Numbered from the stretch's first letter, positions 1 through 8,748 are shown. The stretch: 52,486 nucleotides of DNA from a virus (IMGVR_UViG_3300002855_000002:1-52486); one strand, 5' to 3'. Notes: a model not told the origin generated them from the sequence alone. Numbers and translations are program-made.

Positions 1-82
1 AGCAATTGTAGCCTTTCCATTTGCGGAATGCTGAATGAAGCTGGGTGAATTGGGCACGCTATCCTTAACATTGGAGGTGCAA

Positions 83-262
83 ATGAGAATGTGGGTTTAC
101 TGGATTAGATTGTATGAATCGAAATTTCAGGCAAGCTGTGTCGTCCAGCGCATGGAGCATGATTATTGGATGTATGGCATGGAATGTCCAAAAGAAATTG
201 AAATTTACAAATCAAATCGAGGAAAATATGGAGTAAGATTTATGCATGCTGAGCGTCGATAA
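83..262 (+). CDS. Small host hypothetical protein
   Basis: GGAGG SD then ATG at 83; lies upstream of the tRNA operon; lacks the CG-rich phage signature. Confidence 0.55.
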   Translation: MRMWVYWIRLYESKFQASCVVQRMEHDYWMYGMECPKEIEIYKSNRGKYGVRFMHAERR

Positions 263-326
263 TGTGCTGGCTAAGGGCTCGAAAACTAATGAATGATAAA
301 ATTGAAGAAAATGTTGTAAAAAATGC

Positions 327-356
327 TTGACGTGAGATATTTGTTTATAGTATATT
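327..356 (+). promoter_or_regulatory. SigA-type promoter of the tRNA operon
   Basis: TTGACG (327-332), 18-nt spacer, TATATT (351-356), A-rich UP element upstream. Confidence 0.65.
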
Positions 357-393
357 AATTTATGTCGCCATTGCGAGTGAGCAATTTTAATGA

Positions 394-469
394 CGCGGGG
401 TGGAGCAGTTGGCAGCTCGTCGGGCTCATAACCCGAAGGTCACAGGTTCAAGTCCTGTCCCCGCAACCA
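394..469 (+). tRNA. Initiator tRNA-fMet (CAT)
   Basis: Cloverleaf, CAT anticodon, C1:A72 mismatch, GGG/CCC anticodon stem, encoded CCA. Confidence 0.95.
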
Positions 470-510
470 AATTCTCTAGTCGGTAATGATAACATTCATT
501 ATATGATCGA

Positions 511-587
511 GGGCCCTTAGCTCAGTTGGTTAGAGCAGTCGGCTCATAACCGATTTGTCGGGGGTTCGAGTCCCTCAGGGCCCACCA
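511..587 (+). tRNA. tRNA with CAT anticodon, most likely tRNA-Ile2 (lysidine-modified)
   Basis: GGGCCCT/AGGGCCC acceptor stem, CTCATAA loop, CCA end; body resembles Bacillus tRNA-Ile2 rather than elongator Met. Confidence 0.85.
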
Positions 588-594
588 TTTTTTT

Positions 595-683
595 GCCGGG
601 GTGGCGGAACTGGCAGACGCACAGGACTTAAAATCCTGCGGTAGGTGACTACCGTACCGGTTCGATTCCGGTCCTCGGCACCA
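595..683 (+). tRNA. tRNA-Leu (TAA); 3' end is the probable attL core
   Basis: 89-nt cloverleaf with long variable arm, CTTAAAA anticodon loop, CCA; integrase starts 200 bp downstream. Confidence 0.95.
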
Positions 684-886
684 GTTCGAAAAAGCCCGTT
701 AAATCAACGGTTTGTGCGCGGTAAGTTAACCGCAAGGGATGCGAAATACATACGATTATTACGATGCGTAATATTAATAATCCTGCGCGGCATAAACGGA
801 TTTACGGATCAAAATAGGCCTTCGAGGCGCGTAATATTTGTGAACGAAAGCTCACGAATACTACGAATCTCGGAGGTCTTTTTGTT

Positions 887-1861
887 ATGACGATGAATTT
901 TCCGAAAAGACGGAAGAACACGCTCGTCGCCCTAAATAGCGGAACGGAGTGGCCGCCCGAAGCCGAATCGTTTGAAGTGGCGGAAGCGACGTTTATACGA
1001 TATTGTAAAATACGGAATCTATCCGGTACGACGCTTACGTACTATCACGACATGTTCCGAATCCTAGTGCGGCTTATGACGGAACAGGACGTCGAACAAC
1101 CGCGGTTAGTTACAGCGGACCATATTCACGAAGCTTTTATTACGAAGCGTGAGGAAGGCGTAAAAGACGTCACCATCGATAAATATTACCGCGGCTGGCG
1201 TGCGATATTTAACTTCTTAGCGACGGAGGGGTATATTCCGGAAAATCCGTTCGATGACGTTGTTCATGCGAAATCGGAGGATCGGATTATCGAGACGTTC
1301 AGCAAGCCGCAAGTCCGGGCGCTACTCAATACGCAGGATTTGCGAACGTTTACGGGGCTACGAAACTATACGATGATGATTACGATGCTAGAACTAGGCG
1401 TGCGTATATCCGAGCTTGTATCGATACAAATTACCGGAATCTATTGGAGCGAGCGGAAGATTAAAGTGTACGGCAAGGGACGGAAAGAACGGTTACTTCC
1501 GTTTCAAAGTACGTTAGAGAAGGCGCTGAAGGACTATATCAAACACCGCGGTATTCTCGATCACGATTTCCTTTTCGTAAATATCGATAACACACCGATA
1601 AAAGTACGAACGGTGCAGGAAATTATATCCGATGCCGGAATTGCTGCGGATATAAAAGGCGTCCGTTGCAGTCCGCATACCTGGCGGCACACGTTCGCTA
1701 AAATGTACATTATGGACGGGGGCGATCCGTTATCGTTACAGGTGATGCTCGGACACACTACGCTTGAAATGTGTAAAAAGTACGTACGGATGTTTTCGAA
1801 TGATATTGCGATTAAACATGCGCGGCATAGTCCGCTTGAAAAACTGTATACCGACGATTAA
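887..1861 (+). CDS. int: Tyrosine recombinase / phage integrase
   Basis: GVRISE (R), GKGRKER (K), PHTWRH (HxxR), MLGH and C-terminal Y catalytic residues. Confidence 0.93.
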   Translation: MTMNFPKRRKNTLVALNSGTEWPPEAESFEVAEATFIRYCKIRNLSGTTLTYYHDMFRILVRLMTEQDVEQPRLVTADHIHEAFITKREEGVKDVTIDKYYRGWRAIFNFLATEGYIPENPFDDVVHAKSEDRIIETFSKPQVRALLNTQDLRTFTGLRNYTMMITMLELGVRISELVSIQITGIYWSERKIKVYGKGRKERLLPFQSTLEKALKDYIKHRGILDHDFLFVNIDNTPIKVRTVQEIISDAGIAADIKGVRCSPHTWRHTFAKMYIMDGGDPLSLQVMLGHTTLEMCKKYVRMFSNDIAIKHARHSPLEKLYTDD

Positions 1862-1867
1862 ACAACG

Positions 1868-1899
1868 AAAGCCAACGGATATTATTCCGCTGGCTTTTT
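1868..1899. terminator. Bidirectional intrinsic terminator
   Basis: AAAGCCAACGGA-loop-TCCGCTGGCTTTTT between convergent genes. Confidence 0.7.
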
Positions 1900-1900
1900 G

Positions 1901-2425
1901 TTATTTCGCCTTACTTAGTACGTTCTCTATGTTTTTCTTTAATCGTTGGGCAAAGTCGTACACGGTTCCGTCTGATAGTTTATACATGTATGGAGAACTG
2001 GCGTCTAATAAAATTACTTCTAAGAATAATTCACCTTGAACTGCGTTTATCTTCTTCGCTTCTCGTAAATCATTGTTCGCTTCTATAGAACTATAAAATG
2101 TAACATCCTCAACTATTTCACTGCATACTTTTTCAAGTTCACTGTATACGGAAATGTTCTGTAGTGATTTACTATGTCCCCGCAACTTCCTCTTGAATTC
2201 TTCGTGATAGTTTAATAATTCACTCTCTTTTTTACTGTTAGATAGTAGTTTTCTTATTTCCGCATCTTCTCTAATGTTTAATGCCTTTTCATAGACAGCA
2301 GCGGCATCTTCATACTCACCGGAATAATAGTGGTTCCGAGCTTGTTCTGTCAGCGAATCAAACTTAGTAGACGTACACGCTGTTAGTAGCGTCAGCAAGA
2401 ACACTATAAGTAATAACTTCTTCAA
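1901..2425 (-). CDS. Lipoprotein with a TPR-like helix pair
   Basis: GGAGG SD then TTG; MKKLLLIVFLLTLLTA-C lipobox; YEDAAAVYEKAL TPR-like segment; AT-rich. Confidence 0.75.
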   Translation of the reverse strand: MKKLLLIVFLLTLLTACTSTKFDSLTEQARNHYYSGEYEDAAAVYEKALNIREDAEIRKLLSNSKKESELLNYHEEFKRKLRGHSKSLQNISVYSELEKVCSEIVEDVTFYSSIEANNDLREAKKINAVQGELFLEVILLDASSPYMYKLSDGTVYDFAQRLKKNIENVLSKAK

Positions 2426-2504
2426 TAACCCGCCTCCAATCGTAATATACCTAACTATGCTTATTATACCAATCCGTTCCATTTACGTATAGTTGTAACC
2501 GTAG

Positions 2505-2534
2505 TTTTAGGCGATTCTAGCCGTTGTAGCCGTC
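2505..2534. repeat. Left copy of a 30-bp inverted repeat
   Basis: TTTTAGGCGATTCTAGCCGTTGTAGCCGTC matches the reverse complement of 3804-3833 at 27/30. Confidence 0.8.
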
Positions 2535-2612
2535 CGCTAGGGTATTCGGTAGGGTACGGTAAAGGAACGCTAATTTGCCGGGAAATCGTCGAGTAAAAAT
2601 ATATTTACGAAA

Positions 2613-2650
2613 AAGTGTGCCGATTCCGTTTGTCGTTCGACTATATAAGT
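2613..2650 (+). promoter_or_regulatory. Phage-specific bipartite motif AAGTGTGCCGA-N14-CGACTATATAAGT, copy 1
   Basis: Identical boxes and spacing at 13006-13043 and 27260-27297. Confidence 0.75.
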
Positions 2651-2666
2651 GAAGGAGGGGGAAGGC

Positions 2667-3659
2667 GTGCTAACATTCGTGGAGAGCCTAGTGCAAGATG
2701 CTTACGACATGGGACTTCGCAATAAATCTAAAATAGCGGAGATGATCGGGGTAAGTAGAAAGTCAATCACTAGGGCCGTACAGGCAGGGAAAATTGAGTA
2801 CTACGAGCCGTTCGATGAAGGTTGGGGAGTAGTTGATGTTCCGTTAGTTAACTGCGAGGAAAGTATGCGAGAGTTGTTAGGGATTATAATATCCGAATCC
2901 TTGCGAGAAAGTAGTTTGTGCATTGATGAGTATGCAGAGGACGCGTCTTTCGACCAATTTACACGATCTATTTATGGGGACATTAAGTCTGCTATTAAAA
3001 ACGAAGGTGAGACGCCTTACTTATCCTGCATACACCTCACCTGTCGTAGGTGTGGAAATATAAAAGAACTTAGCAGATATAATGCTAAAAGAGGAGGCTC
3101 TTTAGGAATTAGTCGAGTATGTAGCGATTGTCTATACGAAGATTATGTAAACAATCCTAGAAGATTAGAATGGGCACATAAACGAAGGGCTATTAAAAAG
3201 AATCTTCCTAGTATTTCATATCAAATAAACAAGCGCTGTAATCTTACGGATACCACCATAATTGCACACGATCATTTTATTCCATTAGATACAGGACACG
3301 GAGGAACTTATTTAGGCAACATGATCCCCCTGTGTCATAACTTAAACAATAAGAAAAACCGCAAACACCCGTACGAATGGTTTGAAGCGAATAGGCAACG
3401 CTTCAATCTCGAACAATCACGTTTTGACGCGGTCGTGGCTGACCTTGCGGAACAAAACGGACTTACACCGGTCGAGTATCGGCAATACGTCGATTGGTGT
3501 TACGAAAACAAACGAAGTTTAGACGATATAATAGCGGACAATAAACGATATGGCTACGTCGTTACATCCGTAGAATTATGGCGCGAAGCAACCAGACGTC
3601 ACTTTCCGTTACGATTCGATAACCGGGAACAGACGTACGTGGCGGATAATGCTGCGTAA
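2667..3659 (+). CDS. HNH endonuclease with N-terminal HTH and CxxC zinc ribbons
   Basis: KIAEMIGVSRKSITR HTH; CRRC/CSDC; HDHFIPLDTGHGGTYLGNMIPLCHNLNNKK HNH motif. Confidence 0.8.
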   Translation: MLTFVESLVQDAYDMGLRNKSKIAEMIGVSRKSITRAVQAGKIEYYEPFDEGWGVVDVPLVNCEESMRELLGIIISESLRESSLCIDEYAEDASFDQFTRSIYGDIKSAIKNEGETPYLSCIHLTCRRCGNIKELSRYNAKRGGSLGISRVCSDCLYEDYVNNPRRLEWAHKRRAIKKNLPSISYQINKRCNLTDTTIIAHDHFIPLDTGHGGTYLGNMIPLCHNLNNKKNRKHPYEWFEANRQRFNLEQSRFDAVVADLAEQNGLTPVEYRQYVDWCYENKRSLDDIIADNKRYGYVVTSVELWREATRRHFPLRFDNREQTYVADNAA

Positions 3660-3803
3660 AAGTTTGCACTTTTTGTATACTTTTCCGTGAGCAGCTCCGT
3701 GATTACTCGGCATATCGGCTAATTAACGCGGGACAAATTATGTCCCCTGTAATTTACGTGAAATTAGCCGTTAAAATATCCGGAGGGTATAAAGATACCC
3801 CAC

Positions 3804-3833
3804 GACGGTTAGAACGGCTAAAATCGCCTAAAA
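3804..3833. repeat. Right copy of the 30-bp inverted repeat
   Basis: Reverse complement of 2505-2534 with 3 mismatches. Confidence 0.8.
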
Positions 3834-3938
3834 ACGTGAGCCAAACAAGACATACGATTCGACCGCTCGGTGACGATTTGGCGGGGCGGTCAGATTCCGA
3901 ATATTATCTTTTATTTTCTTTTCTTTTACGAACTATAC

Positions 3939-3991
3939 CTAGTAATACTCCGTTATCGATACGATTTTTATCGATGACGGAGTATTACTAG
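3939..3991. repeat. Hairpin with 23-bp arms, followed by an AT-rich tract
   Basis: CTAGTAATACTCCGTTATCGATA / TATCGATGACGGAGTATTACTAG, one G:T pair, 7-nt loop. Confidence 0.85.
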
Positions 3992-4181
3992 AACGTAGTG
4001 ATAGTAATACTAAGATCTTTTAAATCTTTAAAGATATTTAAAATATTTTATATTATAGCGAATAGTTACGGAATGTCAAGTGTTAATTTTCGTAAACTTA
4101 AAAAGTTTCCGGAAATGCCCGAATATCACCGTAATTCATTTGCACTATTTTACACTTTTATATCCGAAAGGGGACGTTAAA

Positions 4182-4541
4182 ATGACGAAAGTAAACGTAA
4201 TTCCAGCCGAAATCCCAAAACGCTTTATCTCCGTAACTGATACGTACGGACTTGTACCGGACGGTTACAACTATACGCTGTACCGCCTTGTTACCGTCGA
4301 TCCTACGAAATCACCGAATTATAAGCCGGACGGTAATCCCGTCGTTATCCGTCAAGTTTGGCGGAACGCAGACCGTCATTATCCGATGTCGCCACGCGGA
4401 CTTCGATCGGCATTGACGGATATTGCGTACCGAAACGGTGTGTCTGACGAAGAACAAACGACAATCGAACGACACGTTGCGGCTGTAGACGGATGGGTCA
4501 AACGGTTAGAATCGTTGAATTTACCGGAGGTGAACGTTTAA
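4182..4541 (+). CDS. Hypothetical phage protein
   Basis: AAAGGGG SD then ATG at 4182; coupled to the next gene (TAATG). Confidence 0.7.
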   Translation: MTKVNVIPAEIPKRFISVTDTYGLVPDGYNYTLYRLVTVDPTKSPNYKPDGNPVVIRQVWRNADRHYPMSPRGLRSALTDIAYRNGVSDEEQTTIERHVAAVDGWVKRLESLNLPEVNV

Positions 4542-5425
4542 TGAGTAGTTCCGTTAAATTATTTACTCATACGGATTTAGACGGAGTAGGCTGCGCGATC
4601 CTGGCGTACCATGCGTTTGGCAGCTTAGATGTTACGTATTGCGATTACGGCAATGTTAACGAATTAATCACCGAGTATCTTGACGGTGCCGAACGTCACG
4701 ACAACATTTACATTACGGATATTAGCGTTAACGAAGCGGTAGCCGAACGTATCGACCGTGACGACGCGAGTTGGGTGTTATTGGATCATCATGCGACGGC
4801 ATTACCGTTAAACTTCTACGATTGGGCTATGGTACGCGTAGAGAAGGGCGGAGTTAAAACGTCCGGTACGAGTTTGTTTAACGAGTATATCCGCGGCATC
4901 GACTGCTATACGCTCGACACGTTCGCGGAGAAAGTCCGTTCGTACGATACGTGGGATTGGGCGGTAACAGGCGACACGGCCGCGAAGGATTTGAACGATT
5001 TACTATATCTTATCGGACGTGACGCGTTCGTTGCCCGTTTTACGCAGGATGAAAGCGTCGAATTAACGTCCGAAGAACGAATGCTACTCGATGTAGAGCG
5101 CGCCCGTATCGACGCCTATTTACGCGGTAAATTGCCGCAGCTAACCGTACGTACGATTAACGGGCTTCGCGTAGGCATCATATTTGCTGACCGCTATCAA
5201 TCGGAACTCGGTAATTATATCGTAAATGAGCGTGACGATATCGATCTTGTGGCGATGATTGATCCGGCAAAAGGCGTCAGTTATCGAAGCAAAGGCGAAG
5301 TCAATGTCGGGGAATTTGCGAAACTGTTCGGTGGTGGCGGGCATAAGAACGCGGCCGGCTCGCAAGTATCGGATGAGCAGCGTGAGGAAATCGTAAAAAT
5401 AATATTCGGAGAGGTGAACGTATGA
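4541..5425 (+). CDS. DHH/DHHA1 family phosphoesterase (NrnB/oligoribonuclease-like)
   Basis: THTDLDG, ITD, LDHH and GGGH motifs. Confidence 0.88.
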   Translation: MSSSVKLFTHTDLDGVGCAILAYHAFGSLDVTYCDYGNVNELITEYLDGAERHDNIYITDISVNEAVAERIDRDDASWVLLDHHATALPLNFYDWAMVRVEKGGVKTSGTSLFNEYIRGIDCYTLDTFAEKVRSYDTWDWAVTGDTAAKDLNDLLYLIGRDAFVARFTQDESVELTSEERMLLDVERARIDAYLRGKLPQLTVRTINGLRVGIIFADRYQSELGNYIVNERDDIDLVAMIDPAKGVSYRSKGEVNVGEFAKLFGGGGHKNAAGSQVSDEQREEIVKIIFGEVNV

Positions 5426-5883
5426 TGGCGACTAACGATACGAAACAAGTCCGCGATTGGGCGGCTGATCGTGCGGTATGTGACGCTGCGACGGGGCGAG
5501 AGTGGGCGAATCATGACGACAATGGTTCCGAAGGGAATGTCGTTTATGAATACGACAGACTGACGGAGCTAACGTGCGATATTATCGCCAGTTGTGAATA
5601 TCTCGCAGATGCTCGTTTCATTGCCGAAGCCCGCACCGGATGGCCCGCGGCATTGGACTTTATTCAGACGCAGGCAGACGAAATCGAGCGGTTACAGGCG
5701 GAGATTCGACGGTTACGTGATGTTCTTCAATTCGTATATCAGCACGCAAGAAACGACGTCGCTCGTTGGGATGGCGGACAGTGCGTCGGTACAGTTACGT
5801 TTAATGACCGTAAATTAGCTCGAGATATTGTACGTGAAATGGAGGAGGTATCCGTTAATGACGAAAGCAAAGCCGAAAATTAA
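5422..5883 (+). CDS. Hypothetical phage protein
   Basis: SD plus ATGA overlap; DARFIAEAR segment and a coiled coil. Confidence 0.7.
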   Translation: MMATNDTKQVRDWAADRAVCDAATGREWANHDDNGSEGNVVYEYDRLTELTCDIIASCEYLADARFIAEARTGWPAALDFIQTQADEIERLQAEIRRLRDVLQFVYQHARNDVARWDGGQCVGTVTFNDRKLARDIVREMEEVSVNDESKAEN

Positions 5884-6268
5884 CGTGGCTAAAGTCAATA
5901 CGGCAGATTGGCGTAACCTACCGCTCGACCGCTGGAACGTACGCACATTCTCGCAAATGTTCATCGACTTAAATCATGAATATTACGGAATGGAATACGT
6001 GCCCATGCGTAACTGGCGATTCGAACAAGGCGTAATCAAACGGGAGTTAAATAAATACGGAGCCGCCACGTTAAAAGCCGCGTTCGACGAGTGTTTCCGT
6101 ACGTATAAGCCCACGGCAGCGTATCCGATATTAACCGCAGGCTTTGCGGTCGCGTACCGGATTAATACGATAATACCGCGGCTACTGGCGGAACAGGCGG
6201 ATGCGGATCGTAGACAGTCCGAAATTGAGGCGGCAGAATCAGCGCCATTGCCGGAGGTGATATGGTGA
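5858..6268 (+). CDS. Hypothetical protein, possibly replication-associated
   Basis: GGAGG SD then ATG at 5858; helical; lies upstream of the replication genes. Confidence 0.65.
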   Translation: MTKAKPKINVAKVNTADWRNLPLDRWNVRTFSQMFIDLNHEYYGMEYVPMRNWRFEQGVIKRELNKYGAATLKAAFDECFRTYKPTAAYPILTAGFAVAYRINTIIPRLLAEQADADRRQSEIEAAESAPLPEVIW

Positions 6269-6528
6269 TTACGTTATGCGTGATTGTGTACGTCACATAT
6301 TCGTTATACACCAGTTATCAAGCGTATAAAGGGTACAACGAAGGAAACGCGTTGTTTCCGAAATGGGTGCGCGAGCCTACGGTTATAGGAGCGTTAAAAT
6401 ACGGATTTTTATACTTACCGAAGTTTTTCGGGATACTCACGATAGGAATTTTAGTAGTCGCGGCAGGATTCTCAGCACTATGCGGAATAATATTATCCGC
6501 TTGGTGGATTATCGAAAATTTACCGTAA
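6262..6528 (+). CDS. Small membrane protein
   Basis: Two hydrophobic segments; overlapping start with SD. Confidence 0.6.
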   Translation: MVITLCVIVYVTYSLYTSYQAYKGYNEGNALFPKWVREPTVIGALKYGFLYLPKFFGILTIGILVVAAGFSALCGIILSAWWIIENLP

Positions 6529-6575
6529 AGGAAGTGTGGGATTTCGTGTAAGTGTCGCATAACTATATACGAGAA

Positions 6576-6612
6576 AACGCGAGGCTCAGCGGTTAGGCTT
6601 CGTCTCGCGTTT
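6576..6612. terminator. Hairpin between convergent genes
   Basis: AACGCGAG ... CTCGCGTT stem. Confidence 0.5.
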
Positions 6613-6618
6613 CACTGG

Positions 6619-7050
6619 TCACGCCCATTCCCATTTATACAAGTCATCGATCTTACATTCTAAAGCCTTCGCAATAGAATCAGCATGAGATAAGGGCATC
6701 AGACTTGCAGATCTAGTATATTCAGACAATGTTTCTTCATCTATTTCTGTATTTTTCGAAAGCCAACTTATATCTTTGTTCTTGTTTTCCAATATATAAG
6801 CTAAGCGTGATTCAACGGGAAATAGATTTTTACTGCGCGGATCATTACTCAAACCGAGTAAATAATCGGCTGATACTTCAAAGTGTTTAGCGACGGAAAT
6901 AACAACCTCGACTGGCACGTCTCGATACGAAGTCATATAGCCGTTAAATGTTTGGGGTCGAATGCCAATTTTCTCGGCTAATTGCTTTTGAGTCAAATTG
7001 GACTTATCGAGAAGGACGGATACTCTAGTTGAGAAAAAATTCGTTGACAA
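6619..7050 (-). CDS. XRE/Cro-CI repressor with two HTH domains
   Basis: LTQKQLAEKIGI...VSADYLLG plus a second HTH (WLSKNTEID...IAKALECKIDDLY). Confidence 0.85.
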   Translation of the reverse strand: MSTNFFSTRVSVLLDKSNLTQKQLAEKIGIRPQTFNGYMTSYRDVPVEVVISVAKHFEVSADYLLGLSNDPRSKNLFPVESRLAYILENKNKDISWLSKNTEIDEETLSEYTRSASLMPLSHADSIAKALECKIDDLYKWEWA

Positions 7051-7063
7051 ATAAAAACACCTC

Positions 7064-7119
7064 TTGACAATACGCGTTTCGCGTATTAGTATTAAGACAT
7101 CAAGTACGCAATATGCGTA
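7064..7119 (+). promoter_or_regulatory. Rightward SigA promoter with two palindromic operators
   Basis: TTGACA(7064)-17-TAGTAT(7087); TACGC-N5-GCGTA palindromes at 7071-7085 and 7105-7119. Confidence 0.7.
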
Positions 7120-7366
7120 TTACAGATGAATTATACCACATTTAAGCGATAAATTATACAACAAACCCACTCGCGGCATCCACGGCACCTTCCCCGCCAG
7201 CCGTACGAAATTCCCCGCAATACCCCTCCGCTAAAAACGACGTACCTTAAACGTGCCTCTCACGGTTAGATACGTATAGCTTAACGTCCCCTTATACGTT
7301 AGGCAGCGCAGGGTTTTTCTGTATTGACGGAAATCCCTACGATTATATAACGAAGGAGTGATAACG

Positions 7367-7588
7367 ATGCAATTTTCGGTATTTAAGATGCAATGTCTCG
7401 AATGTTCAACGGTGTTTTATTCAGGTGAGGACGATGACAACTACGAAAAGTGTCCGATGGTTTTCTGTGCGGACGGGTACGGTATGGAGTTGGACGAAAT
7501 CGTTTACGAAATTAACGTAGATAAAACGACAGGTTCGCTAGATGTAACGCAAATTCCTAAAGATCCTGATGTTATTCGGATTAGGTAA
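7367..7588 (+). CDS. Small zinc-ribbon-like protein
   Basis: AAGGAG SD; CLEC...CPMVFC. Confidence 0.6.
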   Translation: MQFSVFKMQCLECSTVFYSGEDDDNYEKCPMVFCADGYGMELDEIVYEINVDKTTGSLDVTQIPKDPDVIRIR

Positions 7589-7605
7589 CGAAAGGAGGTC
7601 CCGAT

Positions 7606-7746
7606 ATGAAACTCGGAATTTACACCGCTAGCCCTCCGCAACTACTCCTAGACCTCGCAGCAATGGCGGAGCAGTCCGGTAATCAACGCTTACGTCGCGT
7701 ATGGTTATCGAATTATGTACGAGTTACTGACGAAAGGAGACGATGA
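7606..7746 (+). CDS. Small hypothetical protein (46 aa, not in the ORF track)
   Basis: AAGGAGGT SD then ATG; MKLGIYTASPPQLLLDL... Confidence 0.55.
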   Translation: MKLGIYTASPPQLLLDLAAMAEQSGNQRLRRVWLSNYVRVTDERRR

Positions 7747-7747
7747 T

Positions 7748-7903
7748 ATGTTAACGTATTTACCTGACGGAGTATATGCCGTCTTAAGAGGCGGAGTGAC
7801 TGTCGGATACGTTCGTGCTGCCGACGCAATGATCGCATACAAACGAGCGGTCGAGCTTTTCGGAAAAATCGATCATGTTTCGTCAACTATATTAGTACGA
7901 TAG
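7748..7903 (+). CDS. Small hypothetical protein
   Basis: AAAGGAG SD then ATG at 7748. Confidence 0.55.
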   Translation: MLTYLPDGVYAVLRGGVTVGYVRAADAMIAYKRAVELFGKIDHVSSTILVR

Positions 7904-7915
7904 GGAGGTGAGCGA

Positions 7916-8074
7916 ATGATTCGTGTAGGAAAACCGATGGCTGCCGGCACGTTCGCGATATACGTAGCGCCAACAGCACGCGACCGATAACATGCGTTTG
8001 AGTGGGCGAGACAAACGTTTGGTCCGGATGCTTACGTAATGGAGAACGTACAGGCGCGAGACATTACGTGGTAG
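7916..8074 (+). pseudogene. Small ORF with an in-frame TAA at 7988-7990
   Basis: GGAGGTG SD; the frame continues HAFEWARQTFG..., loosely similar to the preceding ORF (AYKRAVELFG). Confidence 0.45.
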
Positions 8075-8103
8075 ATTCATTATGCGAAGGAGAATTGGTA
8101 GGA

Positions 8104-8277
8104 ATGGGCAAAGAGATAGATTTTATCAGAGCAAACAAGGTATTCAAAGATCAATTTAATAAATTCTGTTTGGAACATAATTTAGACACGTTTCAAGCTA
8201 TCAGAATACTTTCTAAAACCATTGAAGAAACTGCACATCAAGCAAGAATCACAAGCATTTTTACCGATGAAGAATAA
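8104..8277 (+). CDS. Cassette gene, hypothetical (57 aa)
   Basis: AAGGAG SD just after the left site; stop abuts the right site. Confidence 0.6.
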   Translation: MGKEIDFIRANKVFKDQFNKFCLEHNLDTFQAIRILSKTIEETAHQARITSIFTDEE

Positions 8278-8337
8278 TGCACAGCACAACGACAAAGCCG
8301 AAGTAGATTCATAAAGTGAAGAAGGGGTGGCGTTATT

Positions 8338-8619
8338 ATGGAGCGTGAATGCCCATGCTGCGGTAAAAGTTACTTCGCGTATGAAGAGGCTGTCAACCGT
8401 GGAATAGGAATTATCTGTCCAGATTGTTTTTGGGAACAGAACAAAGCTAAAGACCTCATAAATGAAAAAATTGAGGGAATGGAAGGGAACAAATTTGTAA
8501 ATTGTCTTCTATGCGAGGGCGCAGGTGTTCTTCATGAGCTTGACGGAGAAGAGTTTGACTGTCCTGTATGTGAAGGCGAGGGTGGAGATTTCGAGAATTA
8601 CCGCCAGTTGGAAAGCTGA
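8338..8619 (+). CDS. Cassette gene: CxxC protein with a DnaJ-type CxxCxGxG zinc finger
   Basis: CPCC, CPDC, CLLCEGAG, CPVCEGEG; the 3' 141 nt recur at 25891-26031. Confidence 0.7.
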   Translation: MERECPCCGKSYFAYEEAVNRGIGIICPDCFWEQNKAKDLINEKIEGMEGNKFVNCLLCEGAGVLHELDGEEFDCPVCEGEGGDFENYRQLES

Positions 8620-8748
8620 ACAGTACAACGAAAATACGTAATACGAATATGTACTACTTGACTATATTTGAGCGATTATTGAACACTTTTTGAACACTTG
8701 TATGTGTTAGTTTAGAAGTAAGCTACTTTACGAAGGAGGTCGGTCACA

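Larger units (their letters stand above)
8071..8631 (+). mobile_element. Cassette locus A: two one-gene cassettes, each bounded by GTAGATTCA ... CAG(C/T)ACAACGA
   Basis: Boundary motifs at 8071-8088, 8278-8292, 8303-8320 and 8617-8631; AT-rich interior. Confidence 0.65.

Noticed and set aside
511-587. Elongator tRNA-Met call
   Set aside because: The body resembles Bacillus tRNA-Ile2(CAU), so the CAT anticodon alone is misleading
645-890. 81-aa ORF upstream of the integrase
   Set aside because: Starts inside tRNA-Leu and spans the probable att region; no SD
3740-4180. ORFs 3740-3991 and 3998-4180
   Set aside because: No SD; they run through the inverted repeat, hairpin and AT-rich tract
8071-8631. 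CRISPR array or attC integron cassettes
   Set aside because: The intervening segments are whole genes of variable length, the repeats are only about 15-18 bp, and no attC-type long hairpin or cas operon is present; the Cas4-like gene sits in the replication module
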